Below are positions 1 through 14,323 of a stretch of 64,000 nt of DNA, piece by piece; position 1 is the stretch's first letter; each line of letters opens with the position of its first letter. The DNA is from Phoronis australis (lineage: Eukaryota > Animalia > Phoronida), in assembly GCA_002633005.1 (NCBI GenBank), contig NMRA01000397.1, positions 183,325 to 247,324 of the forward strand. Direction: 5' to 3'. The position numbers and the translations under genes are program-made. Under the pieces are notes generated by a model, which saw only the letters and a list, made by a program, of their open reading frames with translations, was not told where the DNA came from and did no database searches.

Positions 1-638
1 GTATGAAAAGAAATTGGCTCAAAATGCTTGCCTCCCAAAACGTCACTTCCGGAGTAAAGGATGAGTAATTGTTCAAATTACAAAAAGCTGTAATTAAATG
101 AAAAATATGTCTGGGATAATCAATGAACTTTTTTTGCTAAAAATGATATGAAAAAAGGTTGCCTTCGCCTTTGAAATGGCACTTATTTCAATATCAAGGT
201 AAGCAAAAACCAAAACGATGAAAAAATGACCCATATTAATGGAGCATATGAGCACAGCCCTCCCATGCCAGCAAAATCAGGATTTCTAACTTACAAGAGA
301 TGCTGGCAGACTCAATCAGTCAATAGTCGATAAACTACTGACTGCAGTTTCAGACTGGTCAATAACAGTCAAATCAAAATCCAAATGTCTGGTTAATGCA
401 CCATTATTTACACACTGAACCATAACTACTTTAGTAGGCAGTGTAAATCGGAAATCCAAACAGACAGCTTACAAAATGGTACAAAAGGAAAACGGTTAAA
501 TAAAAATTATACCCTCGAGTAGGTGTCATGTTTGACAAAGTTTCCTCTCAGTTACTCTATAGGTAAATTCTTGGATTGAGAGAGCACTGGAGCAGATAGT
601 TGCAATTATTTCCCTTCGATAACCCGTATGTACAACAT

Positions 639-760
639 GGGGTCTGTTTCATGAAAATAGCTTTTAAGTCTTAAAAGACTTAATACGTAGGAAATTTGGT
701 CTCTCTCAGAAATATTTGTATGGAGTGCAAGACAAAAGCCACTTTTCATGAAATAGAACT
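639..760. mobile_element. short MITE
   Basis: Imperfect terminal inverted repeats GGTCTGTTTCATGAAAA / TTTTCATGAAATAGAAC. Confidence 0.5.
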
Positions 761-1329
761 GGAGCTTACTCATTTATTCAAAAACATACTTATCGACAGA
801 ACTGCACCGAATCAACTATTCAACAATACAAAGGGTAAATAATACACCGCAGTTTACAGGTGGGACATTTTAAGACTACTGACTGTAAACCAAAATAAGG
901 CTGATGTTTAGGATTTCAGGCCTTTTGTGCAATATTTCACATATGTTTTAGCAAAATACCTCATTTTCATTCTCAGGGAACGTCAAATATGAAATATGTA
1001 TCGTGAAGTGATAAAAAACAATTTAGTATTGGTACTTAAATATAAAACATATTTTCATATTCCTTGATCATTTTTCTTTCAGAAAATTTGCACTTTTACT
1101 AGTTGACAAAGCTACAAGTTAGAATGTAAGCACCAAATAAGGTATGAAGTAACCTTTAAGTAAATACAATGGAGGTTAAAACCAACATCAGCAGTCTACT
1201 GATCACATACAGGCCAGCCAATGTCCTGTTAAGATGAAACAGCGAACCAAGTTCAATCTCAGATGCTCATAATTCACCAGAAGCTGTAGGTTTAAAACTG
1301 GCCAACTTTCAGAAGAACAGTGGCAGCAA

Positions 1330-1407
1330 AAGTGAAGGTTAACTTATACTTTAAAGTACCTTGTGCAAAGTGAAGGTTAACTTGTACTTTAAAGTACCTT
1401 GTGCAAA
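1330..1407. repeat. 37-bp tandem duplication
   Basis: aaagtgaaggttaactt(a/g)tactttaaagtaccttgtgc present twice. Confidence 0.9.
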
Positions 1408-4400
1408 GAATGTCCAATCCTAATCCTATTGCTGGCCTTTCGCTGAAAACTAGAATTTAGTAGAATGTTCCATAAAATAAAGGATCCGTGTATGTGCAAC
1501 ACAAAGCCTCTGTAGCATGCAAAAGTTGAAGCCTACTCCATAACCTGTAGGTCTCTATACACACCAACAAATAGTTGAAGCTAAGTAAATATTCAGGTAT
1601 TCACAATCAATAGAGATATCACAATAAACATTTGAGGTGTTCCAGTCTGTAGGACTGAGCTAGGTATTTTGAAATATGAATACACCCTCAATGCTTAATA
1701 ATGGTCAAAAAGCAGAACACCGCAACCTGCTAAATGAAGTGAAAAAATAACGGCTTTTGTTCGTCTCACCTGTGGTCCAAGTATTGATTCATTTGTATGT
1801 TATATTTTCACATGAAAAATTCTGCGATGAAGAAAAGCACTCACTTGGTGAGACCGTGAAACTAAAAAGAAATTTTCTATTTACTATCTAAAAAGCAAAT
1901 TAAATGCAGCTACTCAGTGACACAAAATGTTTCTCAAACCTCAACATATGACAAATTGATGTCTCAGACAGAAAACTAAAGCATCAGCAAGTAAAACAAC
2001 AGTGCCAGAATGTTAACTCTTCAGAAAGTTGGGCTGCATCATATCAGTAGCAGGGAAACCAACTGACAGCATAGCAACAACAATTCTGAGACCAGTTTCT
2101 GAGGATATACACAACCACAGCAAAATAAAAGGAATTGAGCAAATTACGTAATACCAGATATGAGCATAATTAAACCAATGTGCCTGTATGTGCCCAGTAA
2201 AACACTCCAGTAAAACCAAATTATTACAATAGGGCCTTTCATACTAACGTCGAAGCGTCGGTGTTTTGGAGAGTTGCGGTCAGTATGAACGCTTAACTTC
2301 GGTCCTGGATTGCAGTTAACGGGTCCAGTTAACTTCACAGTAAACAGGTGGATTTGAGAGCTTAGGGTCGACGCTGTGGTGCAGTATGAACAGTCAACTT
2401 CAGTCCCATCAAAGTTATCACCAGATCCCACTGTTATCGTTACCAGTTACAGGGTAATGCCATCGCTAATAGTTGCTTATATTTTGCTCAAGTAATCACC
2501 AATCGAATTAAAAATAAGTTTTATGTCAATTAGCACATGTAAATGGTGGTACACATTGTATTTTGACAACAGTCTTCCAACAGTTAGCTGTCTGGCTATG
2601 CAAGATGATATGTCATCCAATACAGTAACTACATTTTAATTAAAATTTCATACCGTCTTCTGTGTTAGTGCCAATCAGATTCAAAATCTCGCCTTCTCTT
2701 GTTTTACTCATAATCGGCATGATATTTTCTTTTTTTCCGCCGTAGTTTGCTTAGGAGGGCTGTCTCCCTCTGAAAAACTCCATCATTGTTATGCTTGACA
2801 ATTGAAAATGAGAACACCCAAGACGATAGCATGTGCACCAGTCGTGCACAAGTCTACATGCGTATCACGATTCTACCTCATGCATGGACTAAAACAGTTT
2901 TCAAGGGATGGGATAATGCTCATCGTCTTGCCATAGGAGAAACGCTGTGCTGTACTGGTAAATCATATGGCTGAACAAAAATATGGAAAAAGCATTGGAA
3001 ATCTCATGGCCGCACCAAATAGACTCTACACATGTATGATCAATCTATCTGAAAGTTGTGATATTTTGTTTTGCTAACAACAATAACAAGGGCAACCACT
3101 TTAATTTTTATGTGTTTTCAATGTTGTTATTTATAAAATAATCTTGGCAAAAATTACACTGTACAATAAGAAGTCAGTTCCAAGAAATATGATATTTAAG
3201 TTGCTGTGAGCACATGGACCGGTCTAACGCCTTCCCCCCCTTTTTCTTCGTTTCGGACTAGTCCACCTTAGTGCAGGACTCACCACACAACCCGCTCACT
3301 GTGACCTTTTGTCCAATCGAATCGCATAACGGTTAACATCTACTGACTTGGTAGGAGCACACTGCGCTGATGTTTTTTACTGCTGGAGGGAGCATAGACA
3401 CGCGGACCAAACTTAATCTTGAATTCAGGATAAAAGCCGCACGGGGGGGGGGAGGGGGAGAGAAAATTTATTCATCTTCATAAGGAAAACAATAGAGCAC
3501 TTTTGCGCTCTGAACATTCGCTCGCCACCTGGACGACTGGCAAGTGAACTTCTACTCGCCCAGCACCATTTTTATACTCGCACTGGCGACTGGGTGAGTG
3601 GCTAAGTATATCCCTGGAGTTTGAAGCTGAAATTGACAAAAAAAATTCTATAATTCTATAACCACTTCCAGTGTCATGTCTGTTTTCTGGAACCAAAAAT
3701 TAAATATCGTGAAATACTTTCAATATCACAGAACAGCCAACACAAACTAAATGAAAAAGACTTGATTTCACAATAAAGATTTTCCCTTCAAGCAACAGCC
3801 AGGATTATTTAGTGATTTAAACCATGGCAAAATCAAGTTAAAAATAGACAAGCATATTAACTGAAAATATTGCCAATATATAATATTGTTGTGAGGAAAG
3901 AAACAATAAATGCCACCAGGCGACACTACACCTGTATGTTTATGCCTATGATGTATCACATTGACCACAAAAGGTAGAAAACACTGCCAATTAAACCAGA
4001 TCTGTCGAGACTTGTCGCATATGAGACACAACAGAGTTCCTACAGTACACTCCTGAAAATTCATACTATTCAATATTGTTTTAACAATATTTAATAAAAG
4101 TATTGTCAATAAACACTAAGTTATCAGAATAACTCATGTAAGAGAAATGGATGACTAGTTGGCACATGCGTAGTCACAGTGATTATCTGTTCTAACAAGA
4201 AAGGTCTCCTTCTCTGAAAATAGATATCATCAATATGACTTGGTTGAGCCGAGAGTTATGCTTGAATAAAACCACCACATCAACATATGTGGCATGCTCA
4301 CACCACAAATAGGTGCTCCAGTGACCAAATTGGGAAGTGAACTACATACTTTAGGCGCAAGTTTTGGTGCTCTGAAATGAGTACAATTATGGTATACATG

Positions 4401-5629
4401 CTATAGTGTTGGCCACATATGGAAATAAATCATTTGGATGGCTGCGACTGGAGTTTTGAAGTCAATTTTGCACTTAATGAATGACTTTCCTTGAGCGTAC
4501 CCAAGAGAAAACTACAAAAGAAAATCTAAAGAATTCACAAACAAAGGATAAATCCCAGATGAGGTCCATTTTAATAGCTTTAAAAAGCTCTAAGCAGGAA
4601 TTAATATAAAGTGGATTGTTCCTCAAAAGAAAAATCAATAAGATACAAAGATTGGTTTGGGAGACATATGGAGATTCTTATTGAATAACCTCGTTAATTG
4701 ACTAGACTCACCAACACCTGGGAGAACTATATATCCTGTAATTGACAGATCAGAGGCTGTACTAATATGGGATGGATTTAATATAGGCTGGACTTATGTA
4801 ATATGAATTGTGCACAGGTAGAGCACCAATGTCAGAAATCCGTGACACTTGCAAAATAACATGAGAACATATCAAGTTAATTTGTAAGATTTGTGTTCCT
4901 TGGACTTATTGTTCGTGATTTCAGGTAACTTCCTCCGCCCTGTGAGAGAAACTTGAGCGAACCGCGAGGTTTTCATGGATAGGTTCACGTTATTTGTAGA
5001 CTAATTTGTATCCAGAGTCAGGGTATGTGTTAATTAATTATAACTCCATGTGTGCATATGCATATTTCATTTGATTTTATTTGCTGTATTTTGAAGTGAG
5101 TAACTTTTTATGGGGATAAACTATCGCCCCTGTGTGCCTGTGGCATTCAGGCCTAGACCGGGTTGAGTTCCAATTTCAGTCCGTTCACAGCTTCGCACAA
5201 CATAACAAGTTCACATTTTCTTCCACGATCCATCTACCATCTTTTAAGTTGTGTTAACGTTTTAAGCGTAAAATTCACCATAAGAACTCCAGTAAAATTT
5301 AGCGTGTGTAGCAAAGACTCGGGGCCAAACAAGAGCAAAGTGGCGGGTTTTGCCCCTTTTCTGGTGACGTCACATTGACTAACGAGAAACTCGCAAGTGA
5401 CCTATTTGGGTGTAATGACAACCACCATTGTTGAGACAGTAATGCTAACTATTACTTTTCCACTTCATTAGCTAAGATCTACATCAATACAAAGGGCGTG
5501 CTGAATAGGCATCCTGTAAAAGTCCTTTGGGGCTAAGGGAATCTGAGAAATTCTCCACATTTCAAGGTATTATGCTTTCCTGGTTGTGAAAATAAGAAAC
5601 TATCAATTTATGAAATTATTTAGCGATCT

Positions 5630-6181
5630 TTCAAATTTCACAAAACTCCTGTAAAGGGTTAAGGCGATTCAGTTTCAGATGCAAGATCACCACAAGGGGT
5701 CGAGACACAGTAGTCAGACCCGTCCGAAAGTCAACTTCAGTCGTGGCCTTCTCATCAGCAACACATCTGTAAATTTTCATTATGATCCTTTGAGCGGTAT
5801 GGCAGATAGAGAGGTAGACGCCTGAAAACGGACACAAAAATAACAAAAATGGCCACAAGATGGCGTAAAATCCATCAAATCCGTCTGAAAATGATATGGC
5901 ATCATTGTCTCCATATTAAAAACCTATTGGCCAAATTTCATGAAAATCCGTCAAGAAGATCCAAACAGAGGCAAAGATAAAAGGTAAAATTGCCAGAAGG
6001 CTGCAGTGGTATGTAGGTCGGTCCGAAATTCGTCGACATCTGTCGCCAGCCACATAGAAACATACCTGCCATATTTCAATAAGATCATGCAAGGGGTTAA
6101 GGAGATATAGCCACGGACGCTCGGACGGCCAGACAGAGATGGCGGCAATATGCGCCCACATATAAATAAGGACGCATAAAA
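5630..6181 (+). mobile_element. HINE/Pearl-like non-autonomous element, 5'-truncated copy
   Basis: ~145-bp monomers with a CCAC(A/T)AG motif, then a GGAC/AGAC microsatellite and the 3' end atatgcgcccacatataaataaggacgcataaaaa, similar to the end of the 27106-28770 copy. Confidence 0.7.
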
Positions 6182-6581
6182 AGTAACAGAGTGCGTCATA
6201 AAAAATACTGAAAATTAAATATTACATGATGCATCAGCATAACATACACATTTGAACCCGTGCAGTTATGCAAACTTTGAAAAGCATAATGATGTTCGTC
6301 TTGAATTATTTGAAAGTTTTGTTTATTGTGCAGTCAATCTCATTTAACCTCACTGTTTGGGCTACATACCCAGTGCATTTTAATCTGATGTTCATGCAAG
6401 ATCTATTTTTTCACTTCTGTAGGCCATCAATTGTCAATTCCCATTTACCTTTCAATGTCCAACGGTATTAGGCCAGGTAAAAACACCAATGTTTACCATA
6501 TCATCTCAGGCTCATCTAAAACAATGAGCCACATCAACTTTTGATCCAGAGCAACTGACACGGAGCAACTTGATCGGTGTC

Positions 6582-6946
6582 AAGTGGTCGTTTACACACG
6601 CAATTTCATTAACTGTGGCAAGACGGAAATTGTACGGTGGAGAGTGGAATGCACAAGCGCAGGTTTTCAAATACCAGGAGTTGCAGAGACAGAAAGCCTG
6701 TATGCAGGTCATTGCGCAAGCGCAGTAGAGATGATCCTTTCCGTCTTGCCCTAGTTTCACGTTCAGACATATAATTGACACGGAGCAAGATGTTTGAGCG
6801 CAAATTGCTCCACCTTACAACGATGACGGGTGGCAAAAGTTGTCACCGCGGTGTAAATTTGCTCCATGTCAGTCCTGTTTGCACACTGGAACATCTCGCT
6901 CCGTGTCAGCTGATCCGTGTCAACTTTTGTAGTGTAAATGGCACTT
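6582..6946. mobile_element. MITE (PIF/Harbinger-like)
   Basis: Terminal inverted repeats AAGTGGTCGTTTACAC / GTGTAAATGGCACTT, plus internal inverted TGACACGGAGC(A/G)AGATGTT repeats. Confidence 0.5.
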
Positions 6947-8958
6947 ATGTTACCAGACACGTGAAATTCCGAAGTGGTGTCAAAGACCCTAACGGACAAA
7001 ATCTGCCACCTGAGCCTCTGTCTGCAGAAAGACTATTGGCTCATGAACATTAAGCCTCGTGGCATACAGACATTAAGCACCGTTTAATCTAATTTTGTTT
7101 CACTTCATTTTCAAACTGTGAAGGCGTGCTTTCAAAGATGGAAACAAAATTTGATACTTACTTGTGCTGAGCATGCCGCATACAAATCGGTGACACTGCA
7201 TTTTTAAAACAGCTTTGGTGAGGCTTCGTTCTAATTAATTTGCATTTGAAATGATGCTTACCACAACCATAGTCAGCCAGGGACTTACATTCTGTGCCAC
7301 AATTAAGTTTTAAGCCATGCTTACTCCATACCAAAGATGCATATTATCACCTGACATTGTTCAAGTGACAATTTTCCATTCATGGCAATTATGAGATCAA
7401 CCAATTGCTATGACAGAGAGCATTATGCAAACACTGACTAACAATTCTATGACCTTTCAAGTTAGAAACCATGACAGTACACTGGTGACATTCCATACTC
7501 TCTGCTGCGAGTATTTCCCCAATCTGCAAAACGACTTTTTCATGACGTCTGCAAAACAATTTTTTTTTCAATAAAATATCGATCCGCACATATTTTGGCA
7601 TGAATAGAACCCACAAACATAATTATCTTTTTTCCTGGCTTCACAATACATACCTTCCATTTCTCGGAACGACAAGAAGTAAGAAGTTCTGATGTCACCC
7701 AAAATGTATTCCTAGTTCCATGCACCATGTGGTCTACATAAAATGTTTAACAGTAGTGGCACACCTTTGAATACCCTGAATTATTTATCTGTCAGTAAGT
7801 TATGTTATCTACCCTATGGATCTTTGAAGTGATCAGGTACCATCATTGGGGTTCACAAGCAAAGGTTGCCAGTTTACACACACTTACCCAGCACAAACAT
7901 CACAATTTGTGAGGTTCCCAAACGGGGTCCTCGGCATGTTGAAAAATACCAAGGTTTTATGTAATTTAAACAACCATTCAGGAAGGAATATTGATGTATG
8001 TACAATAAAAATAAGCAGAAATAACTTAACCAAGGAACCACAGCATGGGTTATTCCCTTTGAATTACAGGATTTGGCGTTTCATGGGGAACAGCATGATG
8101 CAAATAGAAGAGTTACAATTCATTTTATACAAACACCCAAAATAAATTTGAAAGAGTATACCATTTCATATTAACCTATTAAAAAGATGTGCATCTATCA
8201 CCATTTCGAGCTTCAAAATACCAGCAGTTTATTTCTATCTTCTCTTAAATATTCATAAACTGATTAGTTTCCTTAACTAATGCGACCAGTCACAACTAAC
8301 TTTCTATCTCTCATTTAAATTCCGCTTAATAATTAATATTATACTAGTTTGGCACACACTTATCATTAAAAATAGGGCCCATTTCATAGCACCTTGTAGG
8401 CTTTTTCATGTGTAGGCCCTACAAAGTGTCAAAAAATAGGTCACGCCTGACTAGTTCAGTGTACATTTTTGAAACGTATATAAATACCTCCAGTGGAGAT
8501 GTTAAGGCTATAGACAAGAGAAAAGACAGTGTTGACTACTAATATTGAACTCTAGCAATTCACATCGAGTTCGGAATTGGTATTGTGGTGAACACTGAGT
8601 AAGTATATTATTCCAGTTTCTACTATAATTAGAAATCATGAAAATTTCCAGTCTATACTATTATTGCTGTCTCTACAACTATTCGGAACTCAAGAGTAAC
8701 TTTATATGGGGGTGTGCTATCGTCTTAAGCAACACAGTGCCCTTGGCTGGCTGGCTAGGGTCTACTACACTCCCAACCAGTCTCTGCATTAATTTCATGT
8801 CGTATACGTAGACCAAATCCGCTCAACGAATAAGAAGTTTTCACCTCATCAAAAATACAATTTACACTTAAAATTGTCACTCAAAAAGCACTTACTTTCT
8901 TCAGCAATCCTTTCTAGCTCTATTCATGTCCTTGATGAAGCATGTCTACGGAAATTTA

Positions 8959-9537
8959 GAGAGTGACCACCGTCCTACTGGCACCGCTCCTATAGGCACT
9001 CCATACGCTGGAAGCTTTTTGGCGAATTATGTTTCGCACTGACTAAAACATCAATGTCACGTTGTAATAAATACCTTTTGCGCATAGAAGGACACCTTAG
9101 GAGGCCGTCGACGTATTTAATTCCTTCCAACTCGAGCAAATACTCCCGATATCAAACATTTTTTCTTTGAGCAGTCCCTCATTCAGTTCCCAAAATCGGT
9201 AACTTGCCATTTTTACTCTGCACACAACAGGGGATAGGATGTCATACCACTTGCGGTGCGCAGTGTTAAAAATGGTGAGTTATTTTGGGAGCTGAACGAG
9301 GGACTGCTCGAAGAAAAAGTTTGATAACGGGAGTATCTGTTTGAGTTGGAAGAAATTAAATACATCAACGACCTCCTCAGGTGTCTCCCTATGCGCAAAA
9401 GGAATTTATAACGACATCACTTTGATGTTTTACTCACTGTGAGGCACAAGGCACAATTCGCCGAAAAGCTTACGAAGCACCTAAAGGGAGCTCCACTGTC
9501 TCTACTGGTGGCACCAGTAGAGACATTGGTCACTGTC
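8959..9537. mobile_element. foldback MITE (almost entirely palindromic)
   Basis: Left half (8959-~9230) is an imperfect reverse complement of the right half (e.g. ccttttgcgcatag / ctatgcgcaaaagg; gagcagtccctc / gagggactgctc). Flanked by TA on both sides. Confidence 0.85.
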
Positions 9538-11467
9538 TAACCAGAATTAAGATGACTTTGGTGAAGAATACCAACTCCACATTTTTGGTCACCATTACCT
9601 TTCTCACCAAGTGTGATAACCACAAAATATTTCAACTAACGAGTTTGGCAAGGATAAGCGTGAGACTGACAAAGCACGTGACACTTGCAAAAACTTAATT
9701 GCATGAGAAGATATCTGATGAAATTTGTAGTAGCAATAATAGTAGTAGTAGTAATAATCTTTATTTAAAAGTCGGTGAGGTTTAACCATGAAACATTAGC
9801 ACAAGTGCTACTATACGACAAGTTTTAAAAATCTACAAAATGAAAATACAACAGACCCGTGTACCACCAGAACTGCATTGGACTACTCTGAACACCAGAT
9901 TTGCAAATTTGTCCAGTTAATTTGCAAATTTTCGCGAACAGACCAAATTTACTCTAAAATACAGGGGGCTTAAATTTTTCGCAGTCGACATTTCGCTAAC
10001 TAAAAAAAACGGGTTCGTTCAGAGCTATGAATTGTGCTTTCGCTGAATTCTTGCCTTTTTAGGAGCCTTTTGTCTCGTTTTCTCAGACTTTTGGTTTCTC
10101 TACTTATCCTACTTACTTGTCTCTGAAACAGTGTAGTGAATTCAAGGTACCTAAACTACACGGTGAACGGAATCATAAACATGATGGTTACGGATGCATG
10201 AACACGACTCATGTACCTGCAAACACTGACTCACAAACATGGGAACGGACTCACAAAACACAATGAATGCATTCACCCAAAATGGCCAAATACACGGGAC
10301 ACGTACTCACATTCACGATGAAACACGGTTAATAGACCGCCAAACACGGTTCACTCCGATAAAGCATGCCAGAACATGGGTCACGGATGGCTTCCTGGGT
10401 CAGCTGACATCTACATTTTGTCCGTAAACTGTGTTTGGCGGTCAATAGGCCTAGGGCCTACATGTCAACAGATCTACATTTTTCACTTGCGGCGGTTTAA
10501 AATATTATAATTATATTTATACTAATTTATAGGCCTACATATGAAGAACCACTTATCTCTCTTAATGACAACCGTTCCAGAACAAGACACTCCACATTTC
10601 CGTGGATACCAGGCGTTGGTGAATAAACTATCATATCTAAAAAACGCTAAAAGATAAATCACAGAATTTCACTTACTGGGCACTGTTTACTCTTTAACTT
10701 CGGTTGTGATACAATAGAGTGCCAGGGTAATAAACCTACTTTGAGCTTGGAGAAGTGATGCGACATCTGGCGTGCGTTCAGTAGGCTAACGCCAAGACAG
10801 AGAATCCAAGCACTTGACCTACTTTCCACATCTGGTAGCACTTACGCCGCTGATGTCACACGGGTGTTGCGCGATTTGCCGCCACACATGAGAGTTCATC
10901 AAGCAATTAGGATCGGAAGTGTATGTCCCTCATGCGTGGCGAATTTGTGTAGGAAAGAAATCTTTGTGTCCGACGTTGAATCAACTCTTTATTTAAAAAC
11001 CCCTTTCGTGAATAAACATAAGATGAGTAATGATTTTCAGCTGTCACAACTTCATTGATACAAACAATTTCTTCACGGAAATTGGTGAAGTGGACCATTC
11101 GCAAACACAAGCAAGAATGGACTGGTTTAGTGTTACGCACGCCGAGTGTGGTACTGCCAAAACCGGCCTGATGAACTTCGAGTCTTGCCATGCAGCTTCA
11201 GGCTAAGGAGCAACCTGGCACTGTTACGTCAGTGCCTAATACATCGAGTGTATCCGTCATCTGGCAACAACTTTGAGTGGAAAAGTCTGTCCATTTTCTT
11301 AAGTTAAAAGAGTCAGGCAGGCTACTTGAAAACTTCCCGATCGAGAACCACCATAACGGGGCTCTCGTGTTTTTAGCTCAGGCGTTCTGGTCCCCGGCCA
11401 ACCACGAGGGCCTGCGCACGCGGCGCCATGCACCGCAAATGACATCAGGCCACTTGTACTCTTTTTA

Positions 11468-11921
11468 CGGCTCAAGACACTGTAGTTTTCCTTGCATGTT
11501 TACTTGGCCCGGGGTCGTCCGTACAGGCGAGTGCGCCGTGACTCCTGACGTCATTGAAACTCGCGCAATTGGAACTATTCCATTATTTTTTCGCTTTTTC
11601 TTCAAAGATCGCTTCTCCTGTTCACATTTTTGATGTCTAGCATCGTTTTTCGTGCTTTAGTCACTAGAAACCATTCGCTTTCTTGCGCCTTTCCCGCTGG
11701 GCTCGACACTCGCGGGACCCGGCCCGGCACGTCGCCTGGTAGAATCGATGTTTTGAAAATTCTCAGTGGCAATAGTCATTGAACAGTGAAAACCACGAAA
11801 AACGAGTGAAAGAACCAATCAATATTCCGATTCTGCGAGTCAGGCGCACTCGGTCTGGCCGGTGACGAGACCGGACCAAGTAAACATGCAAATGAACAAA
11901 ACTACAATGTATTCGGAGCCC
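11468..11921. mobile_element. MITE with ~80-bp TIRs (PIF/Harbinger-like)
   Basis: ggctc...tgtagtttt...ttgcatgtttacttgg versus ccaagtaaacatgcaa...aaaactaca...gagcc; TTA/TAA flanks. Confidence 0.75.
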
Positions 11922-14323
11922 TAAAAATCTTTCTAGAGATATGTAGAAGAGGTAATCGTTTCTTAATTTTCAGTTGGAAATAAGGGGTACATGTTTAATG
12001 AAATTGAATACTTCATTCTTTGACGTCAAGTAGGCCTACATCGTCTGCGGGACCTTCTGGTAGTACTGGCCAGCCCAAGTAAAACTAAAAAGAAACTCAT
12101 GTCAGTTTTCTGACTGTATTCTGTGTACTAGGTCTTCGAAGTAGGACCACTGTAAGCAGACCAAGTTATATTGGTCGGGTGGCTTACCTGCCAGTGGTCT
12201 ACTTGACCCATGTTAATTGCTTGGTAATTCCTGATCAATTCACGATATTCGCAAAAATATCAAACTATACACAATGCAAAACGGCTAGAGACTGAATGGA
12301 GCCGTTTCCCTTAAAAACTCTATCAACCACGTTCTCGTATTAAAAACATCACTTTCATGTTAGCGTGTCTTTCCTATTACCCCCCCCCCCCTTATTCGTC
12401 ATTTTTAACAGTACCGGAATTTCACACCCGCCGTGTCCCTCTGCGTATGTTTCCAGCTTTTGCTCTGTGGTGGTATTACTGCATCATGTTATTTCCACTT
12501 GAGAACGAAACGTGTTTCGAAACATCGTGTCTCTTGGTCAGTTGCACCAACAATGCTCTTTTGAGTGTCGAACTTTGTTCCGAGGATACGAACGGAACGG
12601 GATAAAGATTCTTAGTAATAACGACAAGTGTCCGTATATTCAACCAGTTTTGCATATCGAAAAACTTGCTCCCGAAGTCCAGCCATTTAACAAAAGAAGA
12701 GTTTTATTAACATTCCATTAATTGAAGAAAATACACCATTTCCTTAAAATAAATAGGCATGTGTGAAATGCACGAACCACAAATAAAAAATAAAAATTAA
12801 TACAATGTAGTTAGACCTAAATCGGGCTAATGTACATCCATATTATCAATTCATGGCAATATGTGAGAATTGGGGGATATAAATGGAATGTATATACAGT
12901 GAAAGCGCTCATTACCAAATCATGAATCACACACCCAAAGAAAAGAAGTGACTACATGGCCAGGAAAGACTACAACATTTTACTAAAATTACAGCAATGA
13001 AACCAAAAATAACGAATCACGTAACACGCAAAAGCCAAGAATATCCCCAAAATCTATTAGAGACTAGACCATAAAATAAAACATAGAACAGGTAGCTCGA
13101 AAGTTTGCTGGCAAGGGTCACAGATGTGATTTTCGGGAAGCACCGTTAGACTTTTCCTGCAATGTGATGCAACCCACAACCATCCAGTCCGACAAAAAAT
13201 CCACGTCTAAGCAACGCAAATACAATTAAAATCCGTTTAGATAACGTTATAACTTAAATAAGACCTTCATTTGTTTCGAGACTCCCGATCGACGTACGCA
13301 CAACGTCATTGCAACTGGCATAAAACTCTTTTTATGTTGCGATTAAGGAATTCTGACGTTCCAACCGGCGTAGAACTTTTATTTGACGCGATAAGGGCGT
13401 CCCAACCTCAATACCAATGAAAGAAATTGGACTGCGGCGTCCGTACAAGACGAAGTACATCAAATGTACACCGATCCGCCTTCTCGCGCAACTATCCACA
13501 AGGCCATGATTGTCATGAAATTGAAATTTCATCACTGATCAGATCAAAGGACTGCGACGCCTGTACAACATGTTTACAGCATTACAACTGCCAATGAAAA
13601 AGCTTATGCTCGCAGACGTCCCAACGATGTCATTGCGATGGGTGCACACCTAGCCTCCGAACGGTTTGGGTACTTTGCTTAGTTACCCAAAGGACAAGTG
13701 TCAATACGTCACCCGAGGTTGTACATCAACAAAAACGAGTGTAAAGTGATAACTAAAATCGAAAAGGTACCTGGTAAGACCCTAGCTGCCCTGTATGAAA
13801 AGTTGGGGGTATCGAGGTCCCATAAGTAAGGTATAGTATCTAGGGGCTGTTTTAAAATCCGGCCGGTAGTCCAGTTTCTGGTGGCTGGGGAAAATGATAC
13901 GGAGTGTGCCTCCGCAGGCAAACGCCTAGAGTTCATATTTAGTTCCCGTGGATCACCAAGATTCTGCGCGGGCCTACTGCATGGTTACACCTTACGTATC
14001 ATCCACATACCTACGATAACATCGTGGTTTACAGTCCGGTGGACAACTGGCCAGAGCCTCATTGAGTCTCAAGATAGCACATGAAAATATTAGCTAATAT
14101 TGGGCACAGGGGGCGGGGTGAACCCATGGCCACTCCGTCAATTTAATCATAAAAGTTAACATTTAAACAGAAAATGGTTCTGTTTAACTGCTATCGTAAG
14201 CAACTTACGTAATTGGTTACGAGTCAATTTATGGACCTTGTCAGTATCAACATAGAGCTTGTTAAGACACAATTCAATGACCTCATCCACAGTAGCCTAC
14301 ATTAGTGAAGAAGCTACAAACAT

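Noticed and set aside
2013-2431. Hydrophobic minus-strand ORFs
   Set aside because: No recognisable homology or convincing splice context; part overlaps a probable repeat fragment.
10907-11191. 94-aa ATG ORF in a CpG-rich region near a GTAAGT donor (~10845)
   Set aside because: No recognisable domain and no in-frame link to the donor; cannot be supported as a gene.
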